Positions 55,096 through 64,000 of a DNA stretch of 64,000 nt are shown one piece after another; positions within the stretch are counted from its first letter, which is position 1, and the number at the start of each line of letters is the position of its first letter. The DNA is taken from IMG/VR virus record IMGVR_UViG_3300044821_000131, positions 62,001 to 126,000 of that record, one strand, 5' to 3'. The notes below the pieces were generated by a model. That model did no database searches. It saw nothing but the letters and a program-made list of their open reading frames with translations, and had not been told where the DNA came from. The position numbers were made by a program, and so were the translations under genes.

Positions 55096-56940
55096 ATGCG
55101 TGCGATTGATCTATACGTCAACTCAGTGTTGCCACCCGATCTTCGGTCTAACAATCGTGTGCTCAACAAGAAGAATATCGAGTCGGTACTGGCCGACGTA
55201 GCTCGACGTTATCCTGAGCAGTACGCTGACATATCAAAGTCGCTTTCGGACATCGGGCGCAAAGCGGCTTACCTACAAGGAGAAACTCTTAATTTATCGG
55301 ACTTTCAACCGGTACTGGATCGAGACGGTTTGCTGAAGCAAATGGATCATGAGGTGCGAGCGTCGGATGCCGAGACTAAAAATCCTGACGAGCGTGAAAA
55401 GAAGCGACTCATTATCTGGGCCAAGTATTCTACAGCCATTGAGAAATCCACTTCCGAAAACGCGCGACATACTAATCTCGGACGTTCGGTGACTTCTGGG
55501 GCGCGCGGTAACGCCCTGCAATTGAAAGCAATTTTGTCCACGCCGGCGCTCTATACTGATTACAAAGACAGAGTTATTCCGATGTTTATCAGACATGGTT
55601 TCGGGGAAGGTCTGCGTCCCGCTGAATACTTGGCCTCGTCTTTCGGTACACGTCGCTCTGTGATCTCAACCAAGAGCAGCACGGCCCGCGGCGGAGACTT
55701 CATGAAGCAGATTATAGCGGCTACCACACCGATAATCGTCACCGAAGATGATTGTGGTACGAGTAACGGTCTCGACTTCGATGTTACCGATCATGAGATT
55801 CAAGGTCGAGTGCTGGCCAAGGAAGCGGGTGGAGTGGCGGTTGGTACGACAATCGACAAACATGTAATACAAGCTTTACATAAAGCGGGTGTGAAGCGAA
55901 TCATTGCGCGAAGTCCGATGACGTGTACTTCGAAGAGTGGAATCTGTTCTCATTGTTTGGGCACTCTGCCGTCCGGACATTTTGCACCCCGAGGATACAC
56001 CGCCGGGACCACGGCCGCTCAGGCAGTCGGAGAACCAGTTGTGTCGGGAGCTCTGGCGGCCAAGCACACCGGCGGATCTTTTAAAGGTTCACAAAAACAA
56101 TTTGCTGGATTCGACACGATCACGCAGCTCGTGCAATCGCCGGAAACATTTCCGAATAAGGCTCCGTTGGCCGAGACCTCCGGTAAGGTCGATAGTATCG
56201 AAGATGCACCGCAAGGTGGCAAGTACGTCACGATAGGTGAAAATAAACATTATCTGTTGCCCGATTTCGCCCCGTTGGTCAAAGTGGGTGATACTGTCGA
56301 AGCCGGCACGCCTCTTAGCGAGGGCGTGGCTGATGTGGCCGATGTGGTACGCCTGCGCGGTCTGGGCGAGGGCCGCCGATATTATGTGGATCGCCTGAAA
56401 CAAGCTATGGAAGAATCAGGGGCGGGTCACCCGAGCAAATTAAATCTGGAACTGATCGCCCGCGGGACCTTAGACCACGTCAAAATCGACGATCCTGACG
56501 GCTTGGGCGGGTACCTTCCCGATGACGTCGTGTCCTACGGAACAATGTCCAATTCGTACGTGCAACCCAAATCGGCCACCATGATGAGTCCCGACCAAGC
56601 CGTAGATAAATACTTGCACGCCCCGGTATTGCACTTCACTATCGGTACCAAAATGACACCGAAGATGATAGATCGGTTGAAAAGTGCTGGTATTAAAGGA
56701 GTTGTAGCATCCGGAGAAGAACAGCCGAAATTCCATCCGGAGATGGTGCGGCTGCGCGCGGCGGCGCACAACAATCCTGACTGGTTGGCTCGGATGCACT
56801 CGAGTTATTTGATGAGCAATCTGGATGAATCGGCATCCCGGGGCAGGGACACGGACACTATGGAGAACACGCATTTTGCGCCCAGGCTTGCAATCGGCAA
56901 GAACTTTGGCAAAAATATTGACACGACTGGAAAGTTCTAA
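55096..56940 (+). CDS. rpoC: phage RNA polymerase beta' C-terminal fragment
   Basis: SGARGN, F.EGL..AEY..S.FG.R (bridge helix), VTEDDCGT, RSPMTC...GICSHCLG, AAQAVGEP...KHTGG (trigger loop). Confidence 0.9.
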   Translation: MRAIDLYVNSVLPPDLRSNNRVLNKKNIESVLADVARRYPEQYADISKSLSDIGRKAAYLQGETLNLSDFQPVLDRDGLLKQMDHEVRASDAETKNPDEREKKRLIIWAKYSTAIEKSTSENARHTNLGRSVTSGARGNALQLKAILSTPALYTDYKDRVIPMFIRHGFGEGLRPAEYLASSFGTRRSVISTKSSTARGGDFMKQIIAATTPIIVTEDDCGTSNGLDFDVTDHEIQGRVLAKEAGGVAVGTTIDKHVIQALHKAGVKRIIARSPMTCTSKSGICSHCLGTLPSGHFAPRGYTAGTTAAQAVGEPVVSGALAAKHTGGSFKGSQKQFAGFDTITQLVQSPETFPNKAPLAETSGKVDSIEDAPQGGKYVTIGENKHYLLPDFAPLVKVGDTVEAGTPLSEGVADVADVVRLRGLGEGRRYYVDRLKQAMEESGAGHPSKLNLELIARGTLDHVKIDDPDGLGGYLPDDVVSYGTMSNSYVQPKSATMMSPDQAVDKYLHAPVLHFTIGTKMTPKMIDRLKSAGIKGVVASGEEQPKFHPEMVRLRAAAHNNPDWLARMHSSYLMSNLDESASRGRDTDTMENTHFAPRLAIGKNFGKNIDTTGKF

Positions 56941-57602
56941 TGACCAACCAAGATAAAATCTTTGTCAGCTCCTATTTAATCAAACGAGCTTTCGAGCCTG
57001 CGTCCCTGCTCGGTGGCGATACAGGTTTCGAACACGCCATGGGCGCTTTGTCCTTTGTGCCTGGTGTGGGATTCCTCGGCAATCTGGGGCAAGGTGCCAG
57101 TCAACTTATTCGAGGTCATCCTTGGCAGGCTCTAGGTAGTGCAGCCCTTGGCGCTGGCTCTCTTTTCACAGGCGGTCTAGCGAATGATGCGGTAAAAGGT
57201 ATCGGAGCAGCCAGCCGAATCGGCAAGGCTTTGCCTACCTTTTCTAAAGGTGTGGGCATGTTGAACAAGGTACCGAAGGCTGTGATGGGAATGGGTGCGC
57301 TCAAGTCCCCGAGCTTCCAGTCGTTCGCTCGTAAGTACCCGTCGAATTGGGTTAGTGGCGGCCAGTCTCTTCAAGGGCCGAAGAATTTTGCCAAGAACTT
57401 CGTCGGCAGCAACGTCGTGACCGGAGCGGCGAATCATCTTGATTCCGCCGGCAGTACTGCCCGGGACAATGTGTTCAATTCGACGATGAATTTTGCTGAT
57501 AAGACTCCAAGTTTCATGGGTGGAGGAATGTCGGGCGATCCTCGTTATTTGGCTCCCCAGCCGATCCCGGCCCCGTTCGAGCCGATGTTTGGTCACAGTT
57601 AA
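56940..57602 (+). CDS. K-x-A-type Gly/Ala-rich putative virion protein
   Basis: YLIKRAF; LSFVPGVGFLGN...ALGAGSLF. Confidence 0.7.
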   Translation: MTNQDKIFVSSYLIKRAFEPASLLGGDTGFEHAMGALSFVPGVGFLGNLGQGASQLIRGHPWQALGSAALGAGSLFTGGLANDAVKGIGAASRIGKALPTFSKGVGMLNKVPKAVMGMGALKSPSFQSFARKYPSNWVSGGQSLQGPKNFAKNFVGSNVVTGAANHLDSAGSTARDNVFNSTMNFADKTPSFMGGGMSGDPRYLAPQPIPAPFEPMFGHS

Positions 57603-57652
57603 GTTTGCGGTTGCAATACCATCCTTGCGACGTTAGACTGCAGACAATATTT

Positions 57653-58327
57653 ATGCGGGATGAATTTTCACATAGTGTGGCCTTCGCACAAGGTATCCAG
57701 AAACAACTCGTCCACCGCGCGAAAGAAGCCATGTGTAAACGTGCGCTCAACCCGCGCGTGATCGAAAAAGTTATCTACGACGCGCGGCGCACTCCAGAAC
57801 TCGCAGCATTAGGCCAAAGTATATTTGCTCGGTCATATCGGCAATCCAATCCCTTGAAAGGTATGCTCATGACCGGTTTGGCAGGTTACGGGCAACTTCG
57901 AAATTTGCACGCCGACCGCATGGGCTTCATTAGAGAGATCGCCGGGTTGCGTGGCGAGATGAACCGGTTGCCTGAAGGTAATGCAAATCGGGAATTTCTA
58001 GCCAATCGCATCGCCGACAAGATGAATGCATTCAAATCAGAAAAGCGTACACGCTTGGCTGAAGTGGGTGCCACCGCCGAACCACGATTGAAATTTCTAC
58101 GAACGACAGTACCCGCCACCGTAGCCGGCGGTGCCGCATTGGGAGCCGGATCAGTACTGGGTAATCTTTCGGGTCAAGCGGCATCGCAGAAGGATGTTTC
58201 CGGTGCTCCATTTGGATCCCGGCTGCAGTATCTTCTCAATCCGTCGAAAGTCCCGTCCTCGGTGATGCCTCAACCTCAAGATCCTGGCTCTCAGACATCG
58301 TCAGCAACCGACTCAGGTGGCGTATAA
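57653..58327 (+). CDS. K-x-A-type putative virion protein
   Basis: AKEAMCKRA; AGGAALGAGSVLG. Confidence 0.7.
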   Translation: MRDEFSHSVAFAQGIQKQLVHRAKEAMCKRALNPRVIEKVIYDARRTPELAALGQSIFARSYRQSNPLKGMLMTGLAGYGQLRNLHADRMGFIREIAGLRGEMNRLPEGNANREFLANRIADKMNAFKSEKRTRLAEVGATAEPRLKFLRTTVPATVAGGAALGAGSVLGNLSGQAASQKDVSGAPFGSRLQYLLNPSKVPSSVMPQPQDPGSQTSSATDSGGV

Positions 58328-58328
58328 A

Positions 58329-59048
58329 ATGAAACATACTGAAATTTTGAAGTTCGCGTCCATCCTTAGCGACGGACTGGAGAAAGAAGCCGGACTGGCA
58401 GGACTGGCCGGTGGCATTGGTCGCTTCGCGGGACGGGGTTTTGGTGACGCCGGGCGCTTGGGCGTTCAAGGTGCTATGGGCACAGCACGCGGTTTGGGTC
58501 GGGCCGCGGGCAACGTAGGTCAATTTCTGACCAAAGAAAGGCAGAACCCGTTTCCAGTGCTCGGACGTGAATTCGCCCAGTCCGCGCGACAAAGCTACGC
58601 CGGTATTCATCCGCAATCCACCGGTCAGTTCCATGGTCCAACACCGTATGTGCCGCAGAGCATGCCCACCGCGTACATGAATCCGGCGTTCTCACCGAAA
58701 ACTTTTCATCCCGCTGCCGCACCCAACATGCCTTATTATAGCAGTAACCCATTGCTGTCGACGCAATTTCACGGATCGTCCCCCGCGCCCACAGCCGGTC
58801 CTTCAAGTGGTTCGAACAACTACTACGACCGGTTCAAGACGTATTGGACTTCACGTACCCCAGTGCAAAAGGGAGCCTTGGGTTACGGCGCCTTGACGGC
58901 GGCATCATTACCGAGTAATTACATCAACAATCAGCATGTGGCTTGGCAGCAGCAGCATCCGATCATGTCTTGGGCTGGCCAAACGTTCGGCGGTATGCCA
59001 AATTACACGCGGCGCAATTATTTGATGCCGTCCGTGCTTCAACGATAA
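58329..59048 (+). CDS. K-x-A-type putative virion protein
   Basis: GLEKEAG; C-terminus GALGYGALTAA...N..QQ.HPI.SW paralogous to the next gene. Confidence 0.7.
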   Translation: MKHTEILKFASILSDGLEKEAGLAGLAGGIGRFAGRGFGDAGRLGVQGAMGTARGLGRAAGNVGQFLTKERQNPFPVLGREFAQSARQSYAGIHPQSTGQFHGPTPYVPQSMPTAYMNPAFSPKTFHPAAAPNMPYYSSNPLLSTQFHGSSPAPTAGPSSGSNNYYDRFKTYWTSRTPVQKGALGYGALTAASLPSNYINNQHVAWQQQHPIMSWAGQTFGGMPNYTRRNYLMPSVLQR

Positions 59049-59052
59049 AAAT

Positions 59053-59556
59053 ATGAATAACACAGCTAAACTATTTCTGGTGACATCCATCCACGAAGAA
59101 ATGCGCAAGGAAGCCGCAGCCAACTTGCTCGAACGCGGTCTCGGTTACCTTGGACGTGGCGCCGAACAGATCGAGTCGCGTATGCCGAACAACTCTTTTT
59201 CTCAGGGTGTTGGCCGATTGGCGAGTCGTGCTGTTCCGCAACTCGGAGCCTCCAGCCCCAGCTGGTTGTCAAAGCTGCTCGTCGGATCACGTGAACTGGC
59301 CCCTGCGACTCAGGACATGGGCCTGTCCGGTTTGGAAAATCACTTTCAAGGTGAATTGGGCAAACGTCTATTAAGCCGCGGCACCGTTGGTGGTGCTTTG
59401 GGTTATGGCGGTCTGACCGCGGCGGAAGCCCCGGGCAAATACGAGAACAATCAACGGTTCGCGCAGCAACAGGCACATCCGATTCGTTCGTGGCTGTCCC
59501 AACATCTGCAGGGCAAGCCGAAATTACAGCATGAATCGTATCTGAGTCCTTTTTGA
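59053..59556 (+). CDS. K-x-A-type putative virion protein, paralog of 58329
   Basis: MRKEAA; GALGYGGLTAA...QQAHPIRSW. Confidence 0.7.
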   Translation: MNNTAKLFLVTSIHEEMRKEAAANLLERGLGYLGRGAEQIESRMPNNSFSQGVGRLASRAVPQLGASSPSWLSKLLVGSRELAPATQDMGLSGLENHFQGELGKRLLSRGTVGGALGYGGLTAAEAPGKYENNQRFAQQQAHPIRSWLSQHLQGKPKLQHESYLSPF

Positions 59557-59560
59557 ATCT

Positions 59561-61735
59561 ATGATCAACATCGAGTGGAAAAAGAAAGCGTCGGCGCAAG
59601 CCCAGACGCTCGCCGACATTGAGCAGGCGTTTATGGATCAGGCGTACATGGCCATTCAGACCAAGGCTGCGCCGATCATGAAGCCGCCCTACCGCATCGG
59701 TTTTGAAATCGTTCATCACAATGACGACAACACCCGGCTGGTGGGCATTTTCGTCTTCCGCGTGAACAAGGACCTTTACTATGCCCCGGTCTTTTTCATC
59801 AACGGCAACATCAAGGGCACCGATCTGTTCTACCGTCACACCACCAAGAGTTTCGTGCCCCTTACGGAACGCTGGATCGAGTATTTGATTTCGTTGTCGG
59901 AAACCTCGGAAGGCCATGGCGTTCCGATTTCCGAGCGCACCAACACCCGGCGCCAGTTGAATTTGCAGGCCTTGGTCAGTCCACCGGATACGATGATGAC
60001 CCGCAAGTATGCCTCCGCCGTCTGGGCTGAAATGAAGTCGGCGGCGATCCCGGAACTGTCCAAAGACAGCCTGCTGCGCAAGTTCATGGTTCAGGATGGT
60101 GGTTTTGGCGCGATGAAAAAGCTGGCCCATGCGGCGCGTGAGGATTTCGATTTTGCCCAGGCCCTTTTGAAGGCCAGTTCGCCGGAAAACTACATGCCGG
60201 ACCTCGAACCGCAAAAAGTGGCGGCGTCCCCGGTGCCGCTGCTGACGCTGCATCGGGATCTGATGAAGAATGCCGCGGTGAAGCAGGCGGCGGAGGCGGA
60301 TTTGCGCAAGGGTTATGTTTTTGAGGACAACCGGCCCAAAGCGGCGGTAAACGAACTGGTCTATGAGGCGAACGAGCGCCAGCTGCAATCGGTGACGGTG
60401 CCGGGCATCTACCGCGTGCTGGTGGCGGATGGAAGCACCCGGGAAATGATCTGCGCGTATCATCGGGATCTGCTCAACAAGGACCGTCAACTCGGCTCGC
60501 CCAATGATGCGTCGGCCAGTCCGACCAGCGGTTTCGATCCGGTGCTGCCGTTCATCCTGGTGGACACGGGTGATCGCAAGTCGATCAAGATTGATTTGAT
60601 GCCGGCCGCCAAAACCTGGCGGGTGCTGGGCGAGTTCGACAAGGAACTTTCCGATTCGGTTGGGGAGAAGATTCCCGAATCAGGAAAGATGTATCGGGTG
60701 CTCAATCTGAAAACGAAATCATTCTCGGAACCCCTGTACGTGACCGAGGTTTCCAAGCAGGATCTCGGCTTGACGGAAGTCAAGTTGCAGACTCATGGCT
60801 ACTGCCCAGAAACGATTACGATCAACCCGGATTACACCGGGATCGATCCTTTCGAGAAGGTTCTGGGCCGCCATTGCGTCTGGGTGCCGGTCAAGTTTGC
60901 GACGAGCGGTACGGGCGATGAATCCAAGTATCACCAGGCTGATGAATCCATCGAGCTGGGTGATTTGACGGCCATCAATGAATTTATTTTCCGGCAGGGT
61001 TATTTGAAGGCGGCGGTGCAGAAATCCGCGGGTGAATACATTGTGCGGCTCAAGGCCAACGAGAAGAACACGCCGGGTGCGTTCATGAGCAAGCTGGCGG
61101 CGACGGCGGCACTGATGACGCACTGCGCCCTTCGGGAGGAGGATGCCGACGCGGTCCTCAAGGCGGCGGATGAAAAGGGGCGGTTCATTTTTTATTATGA
61201 GCCGGCCGAGAAGAAGGCGCACAATCTGCGGTTTCCGCAGTTCCCGGAATTCTATGACAACATGAATTCGGATTACAATGTCATGGAGCAACCGCAACCC
61301 AGCAGCATGCTGATCGAGGCGGAACGGGATCTGCCGTACATCGAGAAACACCGCATTGGTGACCAACAAAGGTTCCAAACTTCGGATAACGGCATTGATA
61401 CCGCAACGCCGCTCGGGCTTTACCAGCTGTCGCAGGAGCGCGGGGTTGGCAGTTTATTTGAGCATGGTGTGGTGGGATCGCTGACGAACACTTTTGATTC
61501 GGCGGCGATGATCGACACGTACATGCCGGAGCTGCAAACCGCGCTGGATCGAATTGGTCGCATCTTGTTTCTGTTCTACTGGAAGCCTGAAGATTTTGCT
61601 CAATCGTTCGGGTCGGATGATCAGACGCAACTGGAGAACAAGCTCGTGTCGAATTTCAAATCGTACGGGGAGTTGGTGATGGATCTCCTGCAAAAGAACA
61701 AGCAGAACCAACAGGGTTCGGTCAGCATGGTGTAA
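59561..61735 (+). CDS. large K-x-A-rich putative virion protein
   Basis: 724 aa; IGFEIV...LVGIFVFRV...YYAPVFFING.IKG; KKAS, KSAA, KQAA, KSAG, KKAH. Confidence 0.8.
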   Translation: MINIEWKKKASAQAQTLADIEQAFMDQAYMAIQTKAAPIMKPPYRIGFEIVHHNDDNTRLVGIFVFRVNKDLYYAPVFFINGNIKGTDLFYRHTTKSFVPLTERWIEYLISLSETSEGHGVPISERTNTRRQLNLQALVSPPDTMMTRKYASAVWAEMKSAAIPELSKDSLLRKFMVQDGGFGAMKKLAHAAREDFDFAQALLKASSPENYMPDLEPQKVAASPVPLLTLHRDLMKNAAVKQAAEADLRKGYVFEDNRPKAAVNELVYEANERQLQSVTVPGIYRVLVADGSTREMICAYHRDLLNKDRQLGSPNDASASPTSGFDPVLPFILVDTGDRKSIKIDLMPAAKTWRVLGEFDKELSDSVGEKIPESGKMYRVLNLKTKSFSEPLYVTEVSKQDLGLTEVKLQTHGYCPETITINPDYTGIDPFEKVLGRHCVWVPVKFATSGTGDESKYHQADESIELGDLTAINEFIFRQGYLKAAVQKSAGEYIVRLKANEKNTPGAFMSKLAATAALMTHCALREEDADAVLKAADEKGRFIFYYEPAEKKAHNLRFPQFPEFYDNMNSDYNVMEQPQPSSMLIEAERDLPYIEKHRIGDQQRFQTSDNGIDTATPLGLYQLSQERGVGSLFEHGVVGSLTNTFDSAAMIDTYMPELQTALDRIGRILFLFYWKPEDFAQSFGSDDQTQLENKLVSNFKSYGELVMDLLQKNKQNQQGSVSMV

Positions 61736-61740
61736 CCAAC

Positions 61741-62703
61741 ATGAACGTATCCCGAATAGAAGATCTGGTACTTTCAGTACCTGGCGACGTTCCGCTGTAC
61801 ACCAGGGTAACTCCCGGGACAAGTGCCAGGCCGACTCAGGAGCAAATTGTTGAGCGGACGAATCTGGCGGTTTGGGATCCCCATTTTCCCTGGCTGTATG
61901 CTGCCGCCTTTGCTAATGCGAAGCGGCGTTTGCCGTGTGAGGCCAATGAGGATTATTTGCGCACGGCACATGAGTTTTCGGCAAATGGCCGCATGTGTCG
62001 GGAAGTGAAGTGGGCGCTCATGCTACAGAATCCTGCGTCGTCTATGACTCGATATATGCTGGAGGCGTTGTTGTTAATACCCAGTCAATCGATCGAGGCG
62101 GTATCCAGAATATCGGGTATTGATGTCGAGATCATCAACACTTACGAGCAGTTGTTCTTCAACGTTCGGGATCGTCTGAATGATCTGATATACATCAACA
62201 AGATTGTGTACCCTGAGACCCGGCATCCGGAGGCCAAGCCGAGTTATTATCTCAATGCTCACCCGGGTCGTCTTATGTTAATCTCGGCCATGCAGCCTGA
62301 CGGAGAGAACGTCGAGGCCATTCTCAACATCTACGGCACGCGTACGAATACAGACAAGCTGGCATACGAACTTTTGTCGAAGGCGGTTGAAAATCGTACC
62401 CTCTCTGATGCTTATCGGTTGGTATCGTCCGGCGGTGCGAATCAGAGTCACAGTCCGGTATTGAATAGAGCCATGCAACTCTTGGTGGCGGCCAGGTCCA
62501 ACCCGATGCTCACGAATGATACGAGCGATGCCATCGCGGGGCTGACGGCATTGGCCTTGAATCCAGGGCAGTCGGCGTTGGCCACGATCAAAGGCATTAC
62601 GAACAATGATGCGTATGACGCGGCGTTGGCCCGTCAGACTGTGTCACGACAGGATTGGCTGAAGGTGCAGGAGGTGCAGAAACCCAATCCGTCCCGGAAT
62701 TGA
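61741..62703 (+). CDS. hypothetical protein
   Basis: 320 aa; ..TYEQLFFNVRDRL.. Confidence 0.75.
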   Translation: MNVSRIEDLVLSVPGDVPLYTRVTPGTSARPTQEQIVERTNLAVWDPHFPWLYAAAFANAKRRLPCEANEDYLRTAHEFSANGRMCREVKWALMLQNPASSMTRYMLEALLLIPSQSIEAVSRISGIDVEIINTYEQLFFNVRDRLNDLIYINKIVYPETRHPEAKPSYYLNAHPGRLMLISAMQPDGENVEAILNIYGTRTNTDKLAYELLSKAVENRTLSDAYRLVSSGGANQSHSPVLNRAMQLLVAARSNPMLTNDTSDAIAGLTALALNPGQSALATIKGITNNDAYDAALARQTVSRQDWLKVQEVQKPNPSRN

Positions 62704-62740
62704 CTTGTGACGAGTGGCGGATGATTATAAACTCACTTTT

Positions 62741-64000
62741 ATGAGACAGCAATTGATTACCTGGTTGATCGACGAAATCGCACCGGAGATTCGTAAAAAT
62801 CGGGATCCCGAAGGCACAATCCTCAAGTTCGCCAACGAAAAGAATTTAGCCCCGGCCTTGGTGCAAAGCCTTGGGCAACTGTTCAACACAGCCAAGACCT
62901 TGGCCTTCATGGAGAAGTCCGCCAATCGTGGGGCTTCATTTCCATTACTGGACGTGGACAAGATGGTGGAAAAATATACCGCCGTGCCTCATACGAAGTC
63001 GGCCTCCAAGAATCTGATGGCAGCAACCGAATCAGCGTACGATCACTTCGGCTTCGACACTCCGTCCAAATCCTTGGCTGCCTGTTTCAAGGATGTACCT
63101 GGGTTGAAAATCGAGGATGAGCAGGTGTACAGCGAGGAACCGGTTAAATCGGCCTCGTCTGATACTCGTCAGGCGTTGCGTTCTGAATCTGAGACGCGGC
63201 ATCTGATTGATACTCTAACTCAGGCCAAGGCAGATTTTGAACAGGACGCGCGCGAGTTGCTGATGAAGTCGGCGCAGCAGATCAAACAGGCCGGGCTGAG
63301 TTTCGAAAAGATTGAGCAAGACGCGCTCTGGGTACACGGCGATATAATCAAACCGGCTACGGCGTTGTTGGCGTCTTATTGCTCGGCGGAACACATCAAA
63401 GTGGCCCGGGCACGTGATGCCGGGGAAAATCGTTTGGTTCGGGACAACCTCGATCTCATTAAGAATTTGGAACTGGTGAGTGATTGTTTGTTTAAGATCG
63501 CGGCAACCGATGAGATGATGGCAGCAACCCGCAAGTTGCCAGACAGCGCGAACCCGGTAGACCCCGCTAAAGGCTACAAGTACGAGCGTTCGCCGGATCC
63601 GGAGGAAAGGGTGCGTCCGCTTGATTTACACCAGCCGCCTGACAAACCTCATAAATCCCCAAAAGCTGACCGACCAGAGTCGCGCTCGACTGGTCGATCT
63701 GGAGGACAAAAGAGCGCACCGGCGGCCGAAGACAAGGGCTATTTCGCTCATGTCGGAGGTGCCTTAAATGCTGCGGCCGCACCTTTGACCAACATCCCTA
63801 CTTTCCAGAAGAAGTTCAAAGAGATGCTCGGGCATGGTCGCAATTCGGATCAGCAGCATGTAGATACATCGTTCGAGGATGCAAAGCATCTGGCTGTTTT
63901 ACAGAACTTGTTGACGACAGATGACGTTCTGTCCGAAGCTGATCCGGAAGCTGTCGTAAACATGTACAACACTGTGCGTCGTGCGGCTCCATCTTTGGCT
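62741..64000 (+). CDS. large K-x-A-rich putative virion protein, truncated by the window end
   Basis: Frame from ATG 62741 reads open to base 64000 (MRQQLITWL...KFANEKNLAP...EKSA...TKSAS...VKSAS...MKSAQ); absent from the track because there is no stop. Confidence 0.75.
   Translation, partial: MRQQLITWLIDEIAPEIRKNRDPEGTILKFANEKNLAPALVQSLGQLFNTAKTLAFMEKSANRGASFPLLDVDKMVEKYTAVPHTKSASKNLMAATESAYDHFGFDTPSKSLAACFKDVPGLKIEDEQVYSEEPVKSASSDTRQALRSESETRHLIDTLTQAKADFEQDARELLMKSAQQIKQAGLSFEKIEQDALWVHGDIIKPATALLASYCSAEHIKVARARDAGENRLVRDNLDLIKNLELVSDCLFKIAATDEMMAATRKLPDSANPVDPAKGYKYERSPDPEERVRPLDLHQPPDKPHKSPKADRPESRSTGRSGGQKSAPAAEDKGYFAHVGGALNAAAAPLTNIPTFQKKFKEMLGHGRNSDQQHVDTSFEDAKHLAVLQNLLTTDDVLSEADPEAVVNMYNTVRRAAPSLA

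Noticed and set aside
30605-56940. Bacterial chromosome or eukaryotic giant virus origin of the RNAP genes
   Set aside because: RNAP is fragmented and dispersed with no rplL/rpsL context; motifs are bacterial beta/beta'-like; neighbours are tail-fibre and phage accessory genes.
59066-61378. Long minus-strand ORFs (59066-60490, 60719-61378; also 12995-13753, 43586-44947, 46834-47721, 50173-51462)
   Set aside because: Antisense shadows of GC3-rich + strand genes that carry recognisable motifs.

Overview
This window reads as a segment of a large (jumbo-type) tailed bacteriophage genome. Essentially all credible genes are on the + strand and tightly packed, with many ATGA/TAATG overlaps and no obvious Shine-Dalgarno motifs. 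(1) 1-12.9 kb holds small accessory ORFs plus a 981-aa GNAT/GT-B glycosyltransferase fusion. (2) 12.9-15.1 kb is the standout: a solitary Cas7/RAMP-fold gene with no other cas genes. It is followed by a ~1.2-kb apparently non-coding array of 5-nt units (variable NNN + near-invariant GT/GC), punctuated by 6-nt NNN-GGY units and closed by a terminator-like hairpin. This is a candidate repeat-programmed RNA-guided system. (3) 20.6-29 kb has an FN3/poly-Thr/LamG-like protein directly upstream of a ppGalNAc-transferase-like enzyme, four more glycosyltransferases, a methyltransferase and a small transporter, with one tRNA(CAU) and a hairpin-rich spacer embedded. (4) A phage multisubunit RNA polymerase is split over three dispersed genes: beta C-half fused to the beta' N-terminus (30.6 kb), Nudix-HAD-beta' catalytic core (43.7 kb) and beta' C-terminus (55.1 kb). 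(5) The rest includes secreted Thr/Asn-rich adhesin-like proteins, tail-fibre-like genes, a patatin, a metallophosphoesterase, a dNMP kinase and many probable virion proteins with a recurrent K-x-A motif, which also marks domain junctions in the fusion proteins. All protein calls come from motif recognition by eye; no database searches were run.
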